Assembly: GCA_026770705.1 (NCBI GenBank)
Contig: JANJGN010000012.1
Coordinates: 69,998,001 to 70,062,000 of the forward strand
Source: Isurus oxyrinchus
Taxonomy: Eukaryota
Direction: 5' to 3'
Length of the DNA: 64,000 nt
Shown: piece after piece, positions 50,601-63,365 of the stretch
Numbering within the stretch: the first letter of the stretch is position 1
Layout of the letters: the number at the start of each line of letters is the position of its first letter
Translations under genes and position numbers: made by a program
The notes under the pieces: model-generated
Database searches by the model: none
What the model saw: only the letters and a program-made list of their open reading frames with translations
What the model was told of the DNA's origin: nothing

Positions 50601-51470
50601 CATATATTATGGCCTGTACACCTTCTAACTTTCCTGATTCATCCCGAAATACCATGTTGTATTTCCTTAGCAGTTCAGTAACTCCTCCTGTTTTCAGGTG
50701 AAATATCTCAGACTAGTCCAGCTTGATCTTCTTTAACCAGGCTCAGCCCAACAGACTGGATCCATCTCCTTTCACTATTATCACAGGCAGCTGGGCTACC
50801 TGTTATCTACAAGATACAGGTACCAGAGCGATGCCCTTTACCTGAATAGATTCTCTAGTGTACGTCTTCAATTTGGCAATTAACCGCTCCACAGTTATTG
50901 GTTGTCTTAATTAAGGTATTGAAGGTGTGCTCTCCCACCATTGCAGTTGAGGTACCCATATCCACTTCCATTATTAGTGGCTTCCCATTAACTTGGATTG
51001 TGACAGTGATAGGTTCAGTTTTTACAGCGGTGACGTTACACAGGGAATAAATGTTGGTGTCGGCAGTTTCAGGTTTGCTGTATTTTTAATTCAGTATGTT
51101 GGTTTGCTGCTTTATCAGCTGTTTCGACTTCCCCAGCATTGCCTCACTACGTGACCATTCTTATGGCAGTAATGACATTCTGCCTCCTTGAATTTACAGG
51201 TGCCCGGTACGTGGTCCCCCCCACATCTATAACAGATGAACCTCAGAGTCGCTGCTGAAATGTTTCTACTAGGCCTTTTTGTGTTTCTAATAGAGCACAT
51301 TGCCTCTCACTTCGCTGCTGTGTCTCTGGATTTCGCGCCACACCCAGCGATAGGTTCCTGCCCCACATGAAGAATGGTGCCATGTTGTACCTGTTGTAAA
51401 GCCTGTGAGTCTCTCACAGCACTTTCCATGGTGAGGATATTTCTAGGGTGCGGTTAAAGTAGATGTGTGA
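47691..51470 (-). mobile_element. Gypsy LTR retrotransposon: 3' LTR (47691-47898) plus decayed pol and gag, 5' end missing
   Basis: RT YLDDILITG (49705-50184), RNase H LTCDSSPYGAGA..YSQLEKE, integrase LIIDAHSKW..IIFDNGT, Zn knuckle CHYCHKNGHVVRQC. LTR TGTT...TACA. Confidence 0.92.
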
Positions 51471-52589
51471 AGTGTGGTGAAGTGCTTCTGAGTGATGTAG
51501 CAAAGTGCTCTGTAGATTCATTTTCTTTAACCCAACACATTATCTCCCAAGGAAGATTCCTCTCTATCCCTTCATCAAAGTTAGTATCTTACTCTGTGCA
51601 TCCCTCATCCGTCAGCTTTGTACCATCATCCTCACTCAAACACCAGTATGTTCCATACAGCAGTTCATTTATCTATTTGTACTTATCATTAACACTTCCA
51701 GTCATGCTTCCACCCTATCTCATGTTTTTAGCTGTTAGCAATGCTCCAGTCCCTTGTCTCCTTTGTGCCCTTTGCTAGGGCCAGTAAAAATCTTGTCTCT
51801 TTCAATTCTATTCCTTCATGTCTATCACCAGCAGACCAAGCTTTCATCTTTGACGTTTCACTAGTTCTCAATCTTCATCTATCAATGTTTTAATCTCGAT
51901 GTCAGTTTTCACCTCAGCTTGATTCTTCCATGACATTGCTGCAAATCCATTTACCAGTCATGTAAAAATAACGATAGTCTCATATAAGAGAAAGTTCACT
52001 TTTTGGTCAGTTTCTCCTCCAAGTAAAATGAATGATCTTGGTAAAGTGGCTCTCCTGATTGGTCTATTCAGTTCATTATGACCCACATCAGGTCTGTCAA
52101 ATCTGATGGATGCTTCACTCTCTGAACCTGACATTGTCCTTCCTATCATACCTCAAAATGCATGGTTGCAAACTTGATGTTTTGTCATCTTTTATTTCTC
52201 TCTTCCCCCCAGTCCAACATTTTTCATCCTTAGGAAAATAAGTGCTTCTTTTCACTCTTCAATCTCTTGCTTTTTGCCCTTAAAGGGATTTTTCTGAAAT
52301 CCTGGGGTCTGCTGTTAATTCTCACATTATAAAGAGACTTGCATTTATATAAAGCCTTTCACTACCTTAGAGCATCCTGAAGCAATTTATAGCCAACTTA
52401 TTGCCTTGAAAGTTCTTGCCTCGACTATAATTCCCAGGTTGGGTATGAATAAGATATTTCTAAGAATGACCGTGTTTCTTATGTTCCGAAACTCGAAAAC
52501 TCTGCCTTTGGTGAGTCATTTGGGCACCACTGAAGTGTTCTAAACAAATCATGGCTTCATGGTCTCCAGTGAAAGGTATCTTCAGTGCA

Positions 52590-53035
52590 GATACTGAGAA
52601 ACAAAAGCAGAAAATGCTGGAAACACACTGCAGGCCAGAGTAAAGGTTAATGTGCTTAGCTGTTCTCTGACTTGTCGAGTGCTCCCTGTATATTCTGTAT
52701 TTGTTTCTCATTTGACTTCTAATCAAATAATTCCACCCATAATGGTATTGATGGTTTATCGCAATTCACCTTCCATTTTCTTGGAGATTCTTCAGGGTTT
52801 TGTCCTCTCTCCCGCTTTAGTTTTCCTTTTTAACTTTCATTACACATCACCTCCTATACAGTGGCTGAGCTTTTATATCTCATTCTCCTCCATATCCATC
52901 AATGGAGCAATGGAAATCTTGTTTCAATTCTTCAGTTTCTTCGTGCCTGTCCTGTCCCATCCATAGTTACTATCTTTTACCTTTAATAGCTCCACCAGCA
53001 TTCATTCACCACTCGATAATCTTGGCTTCATTATT
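52590..53035. mobile_element. Highly decayed Penelope-like terminal fragments
   Basis: aaacaaaagcagaaaatgctggaaacacac.. followed by an opposite-orientation pyrimidine-rich 3' region. Confidence 0.4.
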
Positions 53036-54352
53036 TCTTTTCATCAAATAATGGGAAGCAGATCGTGCAGTAAACTTTGAGGCAAATTACAGAAAGATGC
53101 AAGAACTAGAGCAGTGATAATGGAGGACTTCAACTATCCTAATATTAACTGGGACAGTAATGGGGCAAGGTGGGAGGAAGCGAGAAGAGAAGAATTCCTG
53201 AAAAGTACTTTAGGGAAGGAAATCTGCCGTCCTTACCTTGTCTGGCCTACATGTGACTCCAGGTCCACAGCAATATGGTTGGCTCTTAATTGCCCTCTGA
53301 GATGGCCTAGCAAGCCTCTCAATTGTATCAAACTGCTACAAAGTCTAACAGGAATGAAACCACAGGGACTACCCGGCATTGAACCAGGCACGGAAATGAC
53401 AAGGCACAGTCTGCCCTGTCGACCCTGCAAATTCCTTTTTACTAACACCTGGAGGCTATTGCCAAAATTGGGAGAGTTGTTACATAGACTAGTCAAGCAA
53501 TAGCTTGGCATAGTCTTAGCCACCGAATCATACATTACAGACAATGTCACAGGCACCACTATCACCATCCCTGGGCATGTCCTGTGCCACCAGTAGGACA
53601 GACCGAGCAAAGGTGGTGACACAATGGTATACAATCAGGAGGGAGTTGTCCTGGAAATCCTCAACATTGACTCTAGACCCCATGAAGTCTCCAGGCATCA
53701 GGCCAAACATGGGCAAGGAAACCTCCTTCTGATTACCACGTATCATCCCCCCTCAGTTGCTCTTCTATGTTGAACACCACTTGGAGGAAGCATTGAGGGG
53801 AGCAAGGGAGCAGAATATACTCTGAGTAGGGGAGTTCAATGTCCATCACCAAAGGTGGCTTGGTAGCGCCACTACTCACTGAGCTGGCCAAGTCCTTAAG
53901 GAGATAACTGCTAGACTGGGTCTGCTGCAGGTGGTGAGGGAACCAAGAAGAGGGAAAAAAATACTTCGCCTTGGCCTTACCAATCTATCTGTTGTAGGTG
54001 TACTTGTCCATGACAGAATTGGCAGGAGTGACCACTGCACAGTCACTATGGAGATAAAATCCTGCCTTCACATTGAGCATAACCTCCTTTGTGCCACTGT
54101 GCTAAACAGGGTATATTTTGAACAGATCTAGCAGCTCAAAACTGGGCATCTATGAGGCGCTGTGGGCCATCAGCTGCTCAAAACTGGGCATCTAGGAGAC
54201 TCTGTGGGCCATCAGCAGCAGCAGAATTGTACTCAAACACAATCTGTAACCTCATGACCCGGCATATCCCTCACTCTACCATAACCACCAAACTAGGGGA
54301 TCAACCCTGGTTCAGTGAAGAATGCAGGAGGGCATGCCAGGAGCAGCACCAG

Positions 54353-55066
54353 TGTCATGAAGCTATTAATGTATATAATATTTTGGAAAATATTTTTCTT
54401 TTAAAATAGAGTTTTGGTCTGCAGGTTTGTCTTACTTGGGTTAAAGCCAGCTAGTCTGAGAGCTTTGATATGTACTGGTTTTGATATGTAAAGGAGATAG
54501 CATGCATTTGCATTTTTTGAATAGAGCATTCAAGAAGTGGGGTGAAAACTTGACACCTTTCTCACAGCTACCAAGCAATATGTTTATATTACTAATAAAA
54601 TTGGTACAATGAATGGGGTTTCATTGTTAAAAGGTAAAGTTCAAAGAGGCTGGTGATACAATGAGAATTTTAATCAGGTGTGCAGGCAGAGGAAATGTAA
54701 GATCAAAAGGCAGCTACAAACCTCCAACTGGCTCCACAGTGAAAGGAACTTCATTTTGAATTTGTAAGGGGGAAATGCTTTGCCTGGTGTCTGGTTAAGT
54801 CTATGGGTTGCTGTTGCCTTAATAGTTTGGGAATTTGTTAAAAGTTATGATAGTAGTGATTTGTAACCATGTGTATTATTTTAACCTGTGTAAATTAATA
54901 AAATGTTTCAATTAGTTAATGTAAAACCTCAAGAACTATTGGTCTGATTCCTGAGTTTAGAGTCGCATCTCAAACATAACACAAAATTATTGGTTATGAC
55001 AGTTGTTTAAAGTCTCCCTCTGAGATTTTTAAATAACTCCACTTTACCAGCTGCATCATCATAACA
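54353..55066 (+). mobile_element. Solo LTR (714 bp)
   Basis: TGTCATG...CATAACA termini. 5-bp TSD accag at 54348-54352 and 55067-55071. Internal AATAAA at ~54897. Confidence 0.9.
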
Positions 55067-55517
55067 ACCAGGCATACCTAAAAATAAGGTGTCAACCTGG
55101 TGAAGTGACAACACAGGACTACTTGTATGCCAAACAGCATAAGCGAGTGATAAACAGAACTAAGCAATTTCACAACCAATGGATCAGATCTAAACTCTGC
55201 GGTCCTGCCACATCCAGTCATGAATGGTGGTGGACAATTAAATAATTAACAGGAGGGGGACACTCCACAAATATTCCTATCCTCAATGATGGGGGAGTCC
55301 AGCATATCAATGCAAAAAACAAGACTGAAGCATTTGCAGCCATCTTCAGCAGAGCTGCTGGGTGGATGATCCATCTCAGTCTCCTACTGATGTCCCCAAC
55401 ATCACAGATGTCATTCTTCAGCCACTTCGATTCACTCCATGTGATGTCAAGAAGCGGTTGAAGGGATTGGATAGGCTATGTGTCCTGACAATGCTCTAAT
55501 AATGGTACTGAAGACTT

Positions 55518-56545
55518 ACATATGAACAAATGAACGTATGAACCAGGAGCTGGAGTAGGCCACTCAGCCCTTCAAGCCTGTTCCGCCACTCAATACGATC
55601 ATGGCTGAACTGATTCTAACCTCCCACCTACTCCTGATAACCTTTCACCCCCTTGTTAATCAGGAATCTATCTAGCTCAGCCTTAAAAATATTCAAAGAC
55701 CCTGCTTCCACTACCTTTTGTGGAAGAGAGTTCCAAAGAATCACAACCCTATGAGAGAAAAAAAATCTCTTTATATCTATCTTAAATGAGCAACCCCTAT
55801 GTTTTAAACCGTGACCCCTAGTTCTAGGTTCTCCCACAAGAGGAAACACCTTCTCTGCATCCACTCTGTCAAGACCCAGCAGGAGCTTAAAGGTTTTGAT
55901 CAAGTCACCGCTTACCCTTCTAAACTTCAGTGGATACAACTCTAACCTGTCCAGCCTTTCCTCGTAACACAACCCCCCCATTCCTGCTATTAGCTGAGGA
56001 AACCTTCTCTGAACTGCTTCTAATGCATTTACATCTTTCCTTAAATAAGGAGACTGTACACTGTACTCCAGTGCCCTGTACAACTGAAGCATTACCTCCC
56101 TACTCTTACATTCAATTCCCTTGACAATAAATGATAACATTCTATTTGCTTTCCTAATTACCTGCTGTACTTTCAGACTAGCCTTTTGTGATTCATGCAC
56201 TAGGACACCCAGATCCCTCTGAGTCTCAGAGCTCTGTAACTTTTTACCATTTAGATAATAAACTTTTTTTATTCTTTCTGCCAAAATGGATAATTTCACA
56301 TTTGTCCACATTATACTCCATTTGCCAGATTTTTGCCCACTCACTTAACTTACCTATGTCACCCTGTAGCCTCCTTATGTCCTCTTCATAACTTATTTGC
56401 CTACCTATATTTGTGTCATCAGCAAATTGAGCAACCATACTATCTGTCCAATAATTTAAGTCATTTATATAAATTGTAAATGTTGTGGCCCCAGCACTGA
56501 TCCCTGTGGCACATCACACGTCACATTCTGCCAACCAGAAAATTA
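55518..56545 (-). mobile_element. Relatively young CR1 3' fragment
   Basis: AQFADDTNIG..WAKIWQMEYNVDKC; 238-aa frame RDLGVLV..SGDLIKTFK..TRGHGLK..LWNSLP. Confidence 0.92.
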
Positions 56546-58061
56546 TTTGCTTTTTCTTTAAATTTGATACTATCTTTAACTTTTTTAGTTAACCACAGAT
56601 GGTGGGGCTTGTGCTCCAGAACTAGCCATGCCCCTAGCCAAGCTGTTCCAGTACAGCTACGACACTGACATCTACTTGGCAATGTAGAAAACTGTCCTGG
56701 TATGTCCTGTCCACAAAAAATGGTACAAACCCAATCCAGCCAATTACTGCCCTATGAGTCTACTCTCGATCATCAGCAAAGTCATGGAGGGTGTTGTTGA
56801 CAGTGCTATCAAGCAGCACTTAATCAGCAATAAACTGCTCACTGGCACTTACTTTGGGTTCCACCAGGGTCACTCAGTGCCTGACCTCATTACAGCCTTG
56901 GTTCAACCGTGGACAAAAGAACTGAACTCAAGGTGAGGTAGAAGTAACTACCCTTGGCATCAGCATTTGACTGAATTTGGCATCAGGAAGCCCGTGCAAA
57001 ACTGGAGTCAATGGGAATCAGAGTGGAATCTCTCCACTGGTTGGAGTCATGCCTAGCACAAAGGAAGATGGTTGTAGTTGTTGGAGGTCAGTCATCTTTG
57101 TCCCAGGACATCACAGCAGGAGCTCCTCAGGGTAGTGTCCTCGGCCCAACCATCTTCAGCTGCTTCATCAATGACTTTCCCACCATTATGAGGTCAGAAG
57201 TGGGGATGTTCACTGATGATTGCACAATTTAATCACCACTCCCTAAATACTGAAGTAGTCAGTGTCCATATGCAGCAAGACCTGGACAAGTGGCAAGTAA
57301 AATTCGCACTACACAAGTGCCAGGCAATGATTATCTCCAACAAGAGAGGATCTAAGCATAGCCCCTTAACATTCAATGGTATTACCATCACTGAATCCCC
57401 CACCATCAACATCCTGGGGGTTACCAATGACCAAAAACTGAACTGCACCAGCCACATAAATACAGTGGCTAACAAGAGCAGGTCAGAGGCTGGGAATTTG
57501 CACAGGGTAACTCACCTCCTGACTCCCCAAAGCCTGTCCACATCTTCAAGGCAGAGGTCAAGAGTGTGATAGGTTGCCCTCCACTTTGCCTGGATGAGTG
57601 CAGCTCCAACCACGCTCAAGAAGCCCAACACCATCCAGGATAAAGCAGCCCACTTGTTTCGCACCCTATCCACAAACATTGATTTCGTCCACCACCGACG
57701 CACAGTAGCAGCAGTGTGTACCATATGCACTGCAGGAACTCACCAAGCCTCCTTAGACAGCATCTTCCAAACCCATGACCCCTACCACCTAGAAGGACAA
57801 GGACAGCAGATACATGAGAACACCACCACCTGGAAGTTCCCCTCAAAGTCACTCACTATCCTGATTTGGAAATATATCACCGTTCCTTCACTGTCGCTGG
57901 GTCAAAATCCTGGAACTCACTCCCTAACAGCACTATTGGTGTACCTACACCACATGGACAGCAGCGGTTCAAGAAGGCAGCTCACCATCACCTTCTCAAG
58001 GGCAATTACGGATGGGCAATAAATGCTGGGCCAGCCAGAGATGCCCACATCCCGTAAATGA

Positions 58062-58385
58062 CTTCTTAAAAAATGAACTTCCTAATTCAAAGTGTTTTCC
58101 ATCTAATGAGGAAGGGAGCAGAGCTCTGGGAAATGGAATGGGACAAATGGAGCATGTTTCAGTAGGAGAATGTTTGGGAAAGAATGATCTTATCATCAGG
58201 TTCAGAATAGTCAAGGAAAAGGACTCAGGCCAAGCAAGTGTCAAATAATTAACTGGAGGAGGGCGAACTTCAGTGTGTTGTAAATGGTGAAGTGGGCTGG
58301 AGTTAGAGATTAGCAGATAAACAGTAAATGAGCATTGGGACGGCTTCAAAAGGAAGATAGTTTGGCTGCAGATTAGACAAATTAG
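58062..58385 (+). mobile_element. CR1 endonuclease-region fragment
   Basis: GQMEHVSVGECLGKNDLIIRF. Confidence 0.6.
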
Positions 58386-59207
58386 GTAACTTTTTGGAAT
58401 GAGAGGGAGACAGTACCTGAAGAGAGAGGACTGTTTGCACTATTAGCTGAGGCATCAGGCTCTGTGCATCCTAGCCCAGAAACATTAGCTGGGCTGCATT
58501 CATCAATTCTGGGAAAAAGCCTTTGAGTTGAGGAGTATGTAGGAAACGGCGAAGAATAGCATAATGGAACAGAACAAACACATTCTTCAGACAGAATCAC
58601 ATTCCTCACTGTCACCAGACTGAAGCAGAACAAACTCACAATTCCTAAAGCAGAACTGTCACAGGTACTTCTGTAAAGCAGTTAACCATAATTGCACACT
58701 GAAAGTATTTTGCTAACCCAACAATATTATTGTGTAACTGGTCACATCTCAGGTTACAAAATTATTTTTCCATAATGTAGTTTAAAAACTTTGGAGATAT
58801 TTAGACTGCAAAGGCTGCGTTAATTGTATTGACACCGGATCTGCTGCATAACTGCACTTTCTGATTGCTGATGTGAGTGTGAAGTGTTTGATCAAAGCAG
58901 GTGGTGGGTGGATAGGATGATGTTGATACCAGTTTACAACAATAACCTGTAAACATTTCAATTTAGTCATCAGTTTAACTCAATCGGAGCACTCAGGACT
59001 CTGAGTCAGATGGTTGTGCATTCAAGTAGTACTGAAAAAGACTTGAGCATACAAATTCGGCTTCCACTCCACTGTCATACAAAAAGAATGCTGCATTGTT
59101 GGAGGTGCCATATATCAGATGCAATGTTAATTCAAGGTCCCATCTGCCCTTTCAGGGGAATCTAAAAAGAACCCTTGGCACTATTTTGCTGAACAGAAAG
59201 GAAATTC

Positions 59208-61659
59208 TGTTACTTACACAATGGTGTCTCTTAAAGAAGTCTTCATAGCTTTCAGTAGGTTACCTCTAAGTCTTTATTGCTAAGTAGAACTATTTATACA
59301 TGTATAGTAAAGGGTACAGGCTCGGAGCTACCTCCATGCTTAGGTCTTAACCTGTCTCAACTCAACACCACACTATCTCCAGGGTCTGGGTCATTTGACT
59401 CCCTACTTTACTGTGAGGGTGGTACTGTACTCTGTCCAACATTAACCCTGTATGTGGCGGACCATTATACTACACCTACCCCCATGTCTTTTTCCAATGT
59501 ATACGGAATTATACAAGTTTACTTCATGTCTTACATTGTTATCAGTCTCATGCATTTACATTGTTGTTACCACGTAATTGCTACTACTATATAATCACTC
59601 CTACAATATTATCACTACCTTATCTCCCCCATTCAAGTCCTTGAATTTACAGGTTGGGGCAATCTGGAGGCCTTATAGTCCTTCCACATTTCGTTTGCTG
59701 TTCTGTCAGAGGAGTGGTAGGCTCTGTTGGTTGTGGTTCTTCCTGTTGGCTTGGAGGTTGGACTGGCATGTGGGTGTCTTCCATTCTTTTCTTCCACTCC
59801 TTTGTGTTGAAACTCACTTGGTCAGTTTGCGTTGCGTTGATCAGTGGTTGTTGCTAATCTAAGTTGTTTCTTGCAGAATGGATGAACATGGTGCTCGTCT
59901 CCACGGCTCTTCTTTCTTTTCTTCTTTCTATGTGTAGACAATCTCGATGCCCTCTGTGGCTGAGGAAGAGCATTCCTGTGGCGAGAAGAAGGTTTAGTGA
60001 TATGCTAATCTCTGCCTTTTGTTGTCGATGGGGGGGAAGACTGCTACCGGCATCTCTTGTGGTCATGGCATGCTGGCTGAGAGCTGCAGTGTGTACATGG
60101 TGGTTGCTGTGTTGACCAGCTGTACCATTGTCATAATTGGAGGTAGAGGCTCCTCTGACTGCTGATCACTCTTTTGTACCACTTTCACTGGAGGCATCCT
60201 GGCTATCTTGCGAACAGTAGACTGGTCTGTCCACTGGGGGTTTTCTGGGACCTACAATCGGAATGGACAAACTTGCTCTACAAAGAGAGAAAAGAGTTCA
60301 GAGCTGAGGTCGGAATCTGAATGCTTGTTAGTGTTTGAGTACTCTGCAGTTCTGGTTGGCTAGTGACTGTGGTTGTCTTGATATCCTCTGCTGTCTGGAG
60401 CAGATCCAAGGCTACGCAGGATCCCTGCTCAGAAGAGAGAAAGGCTGGTTACAGATGATGTTCTGCCGCCATAACTCAGTGCTTCCAGGATCATGCCAAT
60501 GATTGGAAGTCAGATTCCTCCTGCCCTGCAAAGTGGAGTGTCCATTGCTCAAAGCCAGATGTCTTTGAGCCATGGATCCTTATCCGACAGGACTGTCATG
60601 CTGGTACCCGAATCTAATTTAAAATTTGTTAGGTGGCCATTGACAAAGATGTCTGCATTCCAGAATGAGAAACCACAATCCTTAACCTTGCTCAAAACGC
60701 ATGGCTGCGTGTCTTCTGGGTTTTCAATCTTGACCTTGTGGATTACTTTTGGGCCTTTTGTGCGTTCTCAGGGATTTGGTTTGCACAGTTTGCTATAGTG
60801 GCCCTTCATGTTACAGTGAAAGCATTGGGCTGTACTCGCAGGACTCTGATATTTCCTGTGAGGGTGCTTTGCACCGTAGCACTGGCAAGGTCGCTCTGCT
60901 GGCTTGTTCGGGAATTCTTTTCCCTGATTTGGATTGTCCCTGTGACTTTGTGACCTGATAAGTTGGACTGAGGGTTAGTTTCTGCCCCATTTTTATTCTG
61001 TCCCCTTAAAATTGTCCTGTGCCACTCACTGAGTTCAGATAGCCTATCTGGATTGCCTTGCCCCGGGTTAGATCTTCTTTAGCGTGTAGGAGATCAGCTG
61101 CAATAAAGACCTTCAGCTTCCAGGCCTTTTTCCTGGAGTGTTTCCTCGTGAATTTTCTCTGCATCTTTAGCTTCTATTGGGAGCTTCTGTCAGGTCAAAT
61201 TTTTTTTTTCTTAGGGCGGGATTTTCCACACCCGCCCACTGCTGGGATCTTCCAGTCCCATCACAAATCAATGGGCTTCTGGCTGGGGTGCCACCTCACC
61301 TGCGGAGGGTCCCGCCTGCAAAGGGACCGGAAAATCCCTATCTTAGTCTTCCAGCAACTTAACTTGTTTCAGCATGTTAGCAAGGTTGAGGGTTTTTGAT
61401 CACACCACTGCCACCTTGTTGGGAGGATGTTGGAACAGTGTCTCTTAAATAAGTCTTCATAGACTTCAGGAGGTTAACTGTAAGTCTTCATTAACAAGTT
61501 GAACTTTTTACACATGTGAATAAAGAGTACAGGCTCAGAGCTATTACCATGCTTAGGTCTATTCCTGGGTCTGGGTTATGTGCCCTCTTATATCACTGTG
61601 TGGGCCGTACTATATTCAGTCCCACATTAACCCTGTATGTGCTAGAGCCTTACACTACA
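59208..61659 (-). mobile_element. Gypsy-type LTR element, non-autonomous (gag plus protease remnants, no RT/IN core seen)
   Basis: Paired LTRs 59208-59474 and 61417-61659 (shared gtgtctcttaaa..aagtcttcatag..cattaaccctgtatgtg..actaca). PBS-like rc aggtggcagtggtg at ~61403-61416. Zn knuckle CFHCNMKGHYSKLC (~60783-60824). Protease FKLDSGTS (~60600-60623). Confidence 0.85.
61213..61341. mobile_element. Short Harbinger-type MITE (~130 bp)
   Basis: GGGCGGGATTTTCC...GGAAAATCCCTATC imperfect TIRs, tta on both flanks. Confidence 0.7.
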
Positions 61660-61854
61660 TTGGCCTGCTTTAAACACCAAAAACAGCTAATCCACTCATT
61701 GATTTCATTGTGGTTTGTGGGAGTTCGCTATGTACAATTTAGTTGTCTATTTTCCTACATTAAAACAGCGACTACACCTCAGATTTGTTTAATCTGTTGT
61801 GAAGTGCTTTGCGATTATGTGGAAGGCACAATGTATATGCCAGTTATTTCCTTT

Positions 61855-62497
61855 TTTTATTCATTTATGGGATGTGGATGTCACTGGCTGGGCCAGCATT
61901 TATTACCCTTCCCTAATTGCCCTTGAGAAGGTGGTGTTGAGCTGCCTTCTTGAACCGCTGCAGTCCATATGGTGTAGGTAAACCCACAGTGCTGTTAGGA
62001 AGGGAGTTCCAGGATTTTGTCCCAGCAACAGTGAAGAAATAGTGATATATTTCCAAATCAAGATGGTGTGTGGCTAGGAGGGGATCTTCCAGGTGGTGGT
62101 GTTCCCATCTATCTGCTGCCCTTGTCCTTCTAGATGGTAGTGGTCATGGTGTTTGGAAGGTGCTGTCTAAGCAGCCTTGGTGAATTCCTGCAGTGCATTT
62201 GTAGATGCTACACACTGCTGCTATTGTGCATCGGTGGCAGAGGAAGTGAATGTTTGTGGATGGGGTGCCAATCAAGCAGGCTGCTTTGTCCTGGATGGTG
62301 TCAAGCTTCTTGAGCGTTGTTGGAGTTGCACATATCCAGACAATTGGGGAACATTCCATCACACTCCTGACTTGTGCCTTGTAGATGGTGAACAGGCTTT
62401 GGAGAGTTAGAAGGTGAGTTACTTATTGCATGATTCCCAGCCTCTGACCTGCTTTTGTAACCACAGTATTTATATGGCTAGTCCAGTTCAGCTTCTG
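61855..62497 (-). mobile_element. LINE-A 5'-truncated copy
   Basis: Reverse complement of the family 3' end; MECSPIVW..TPTTLKKLDTIQDKA. Confidence 0.9.
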
Positions 62498-62889
62498 TAT
62501 CAAGCTGTGTGCAGCAGCCAGACCTATCTGCCCTGCTCCTCTGATACTAATAGTGTCTAAGGGATATTTAATGATCTTTTCCTGAAAGACAAGTGGTGCA
62601 ACATTCTCCAGCAAAATTCCATAACAAACAAGCCTAAGATCCCATTTAGTGGAGGGGTTAATCAGAGTGATGGAGATTGGAGAAAGGGACAAACTGCTTG
62701 ATTTTGAGGACGTGCAGGTCTTATCCATTAGCTCCTCCTTCTAATGGATCATGTGATCACAAAATTAGGCCCTTCCTGAATCAAAAATATTCAACCAACC
62801 AAAAAGCTTTTTCTTTGTCATCCCTCCCTCCCCTCCTGAATGTACTGAGGATCCAAGATATAGTTCCACAACCACTGACAGTGTCCCAG

Positions 62890-63365
62890 TATCCTGCATC
62901 AAGTCCGAAACACCTCTTCACACAAAGGGAAATGGAAGTCTGGAATCCTAATACCCCTGAACTATCCCAAAAATGCTGCTGAGAATGGGGGTCAATTGAA
63001 AATTTCAAAACTGAGGTGAATAGCCTTTAGCCACATAAGAGCATTGAGCGATACGGAACCAAGGCAGGTACGTGAAATTAAGATAAAAACAAAAAACTGC
63101 GGATGCTTTAAATCCAAAACAAAAACAGAATTACTTGGAAAAACTCAGCAGGTCTGGCAGCATCGCCAGCATCACCAGTTCTGATGAAGGGACATGAGGA
63201 CTTGAAACTTCAGCTCTTTTCTTCTCCGCCAATGCTGTCAGACCTGCTGAGTTTTTCCAGGTAATTCTGTTTTTGTTGACGTGAAATTAAGATGCAGATC
63301 AAACATAATCTTATTGAGTTGCAGAACAGGCTCAAAGCACTAAATGGCCTCCTTCTTCTTAAGTA
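62890..63365 (+). mobile_element. Old CR1 3' end hosting a Penelope-derived fold-back insertion
   Basis: cacctcttcacacaaagggaaatggaagtctggaa.. and taaatggcctccttcttc. Confidence 0.65.
63085..63278. mobile_element. 194-bp Penelope-derived fold-back mini-element with hammerhead core
   Basis: 15-bp TSD acgtgaaattaagat (63070-63084 and 63279-63293). Inverted arms ~63118-63163 and 63232-63277. Loop holds CTGATGA..GAAAC (63181-63208). Confidence 0.88.

Larger units (their letters stand above)
53207..58062 (+). mobile_element. Near full-length LINE-A interrupted by a solo LTR (54353-55066) and a CR1 (~55518-56607)
   Basis: 5' region tttagggaaggaaatctgccgtcc.. then directly EN (FTNTWRLLPKLGELLHRLVKQ*LGIVLATESY). 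RT GAPQGSVLGPTIFSCFIND..MFTDD. Family 3' tail at 58005-58060. Confidence 0.9.
58975..61850 (+). mobile_element. DeuSINE/SacSINE-like SINE split by the LTR element (58975-59207 and 61660-61850)
   Basis: Head ctctgagtcagatggttgtgcattcaag..agacttgagcatacaaa. Tail resumes after the LTR and ends tgtgaagtgctttgcgattatgtggaaggcacaatgtatatgcc. Confidence 0.65.

Noticed and set aside
51470-52300. Possible remnant of a further LTR-element gag region
   Set aside because: Too decayed; no diagnostic motif or termini could be read.
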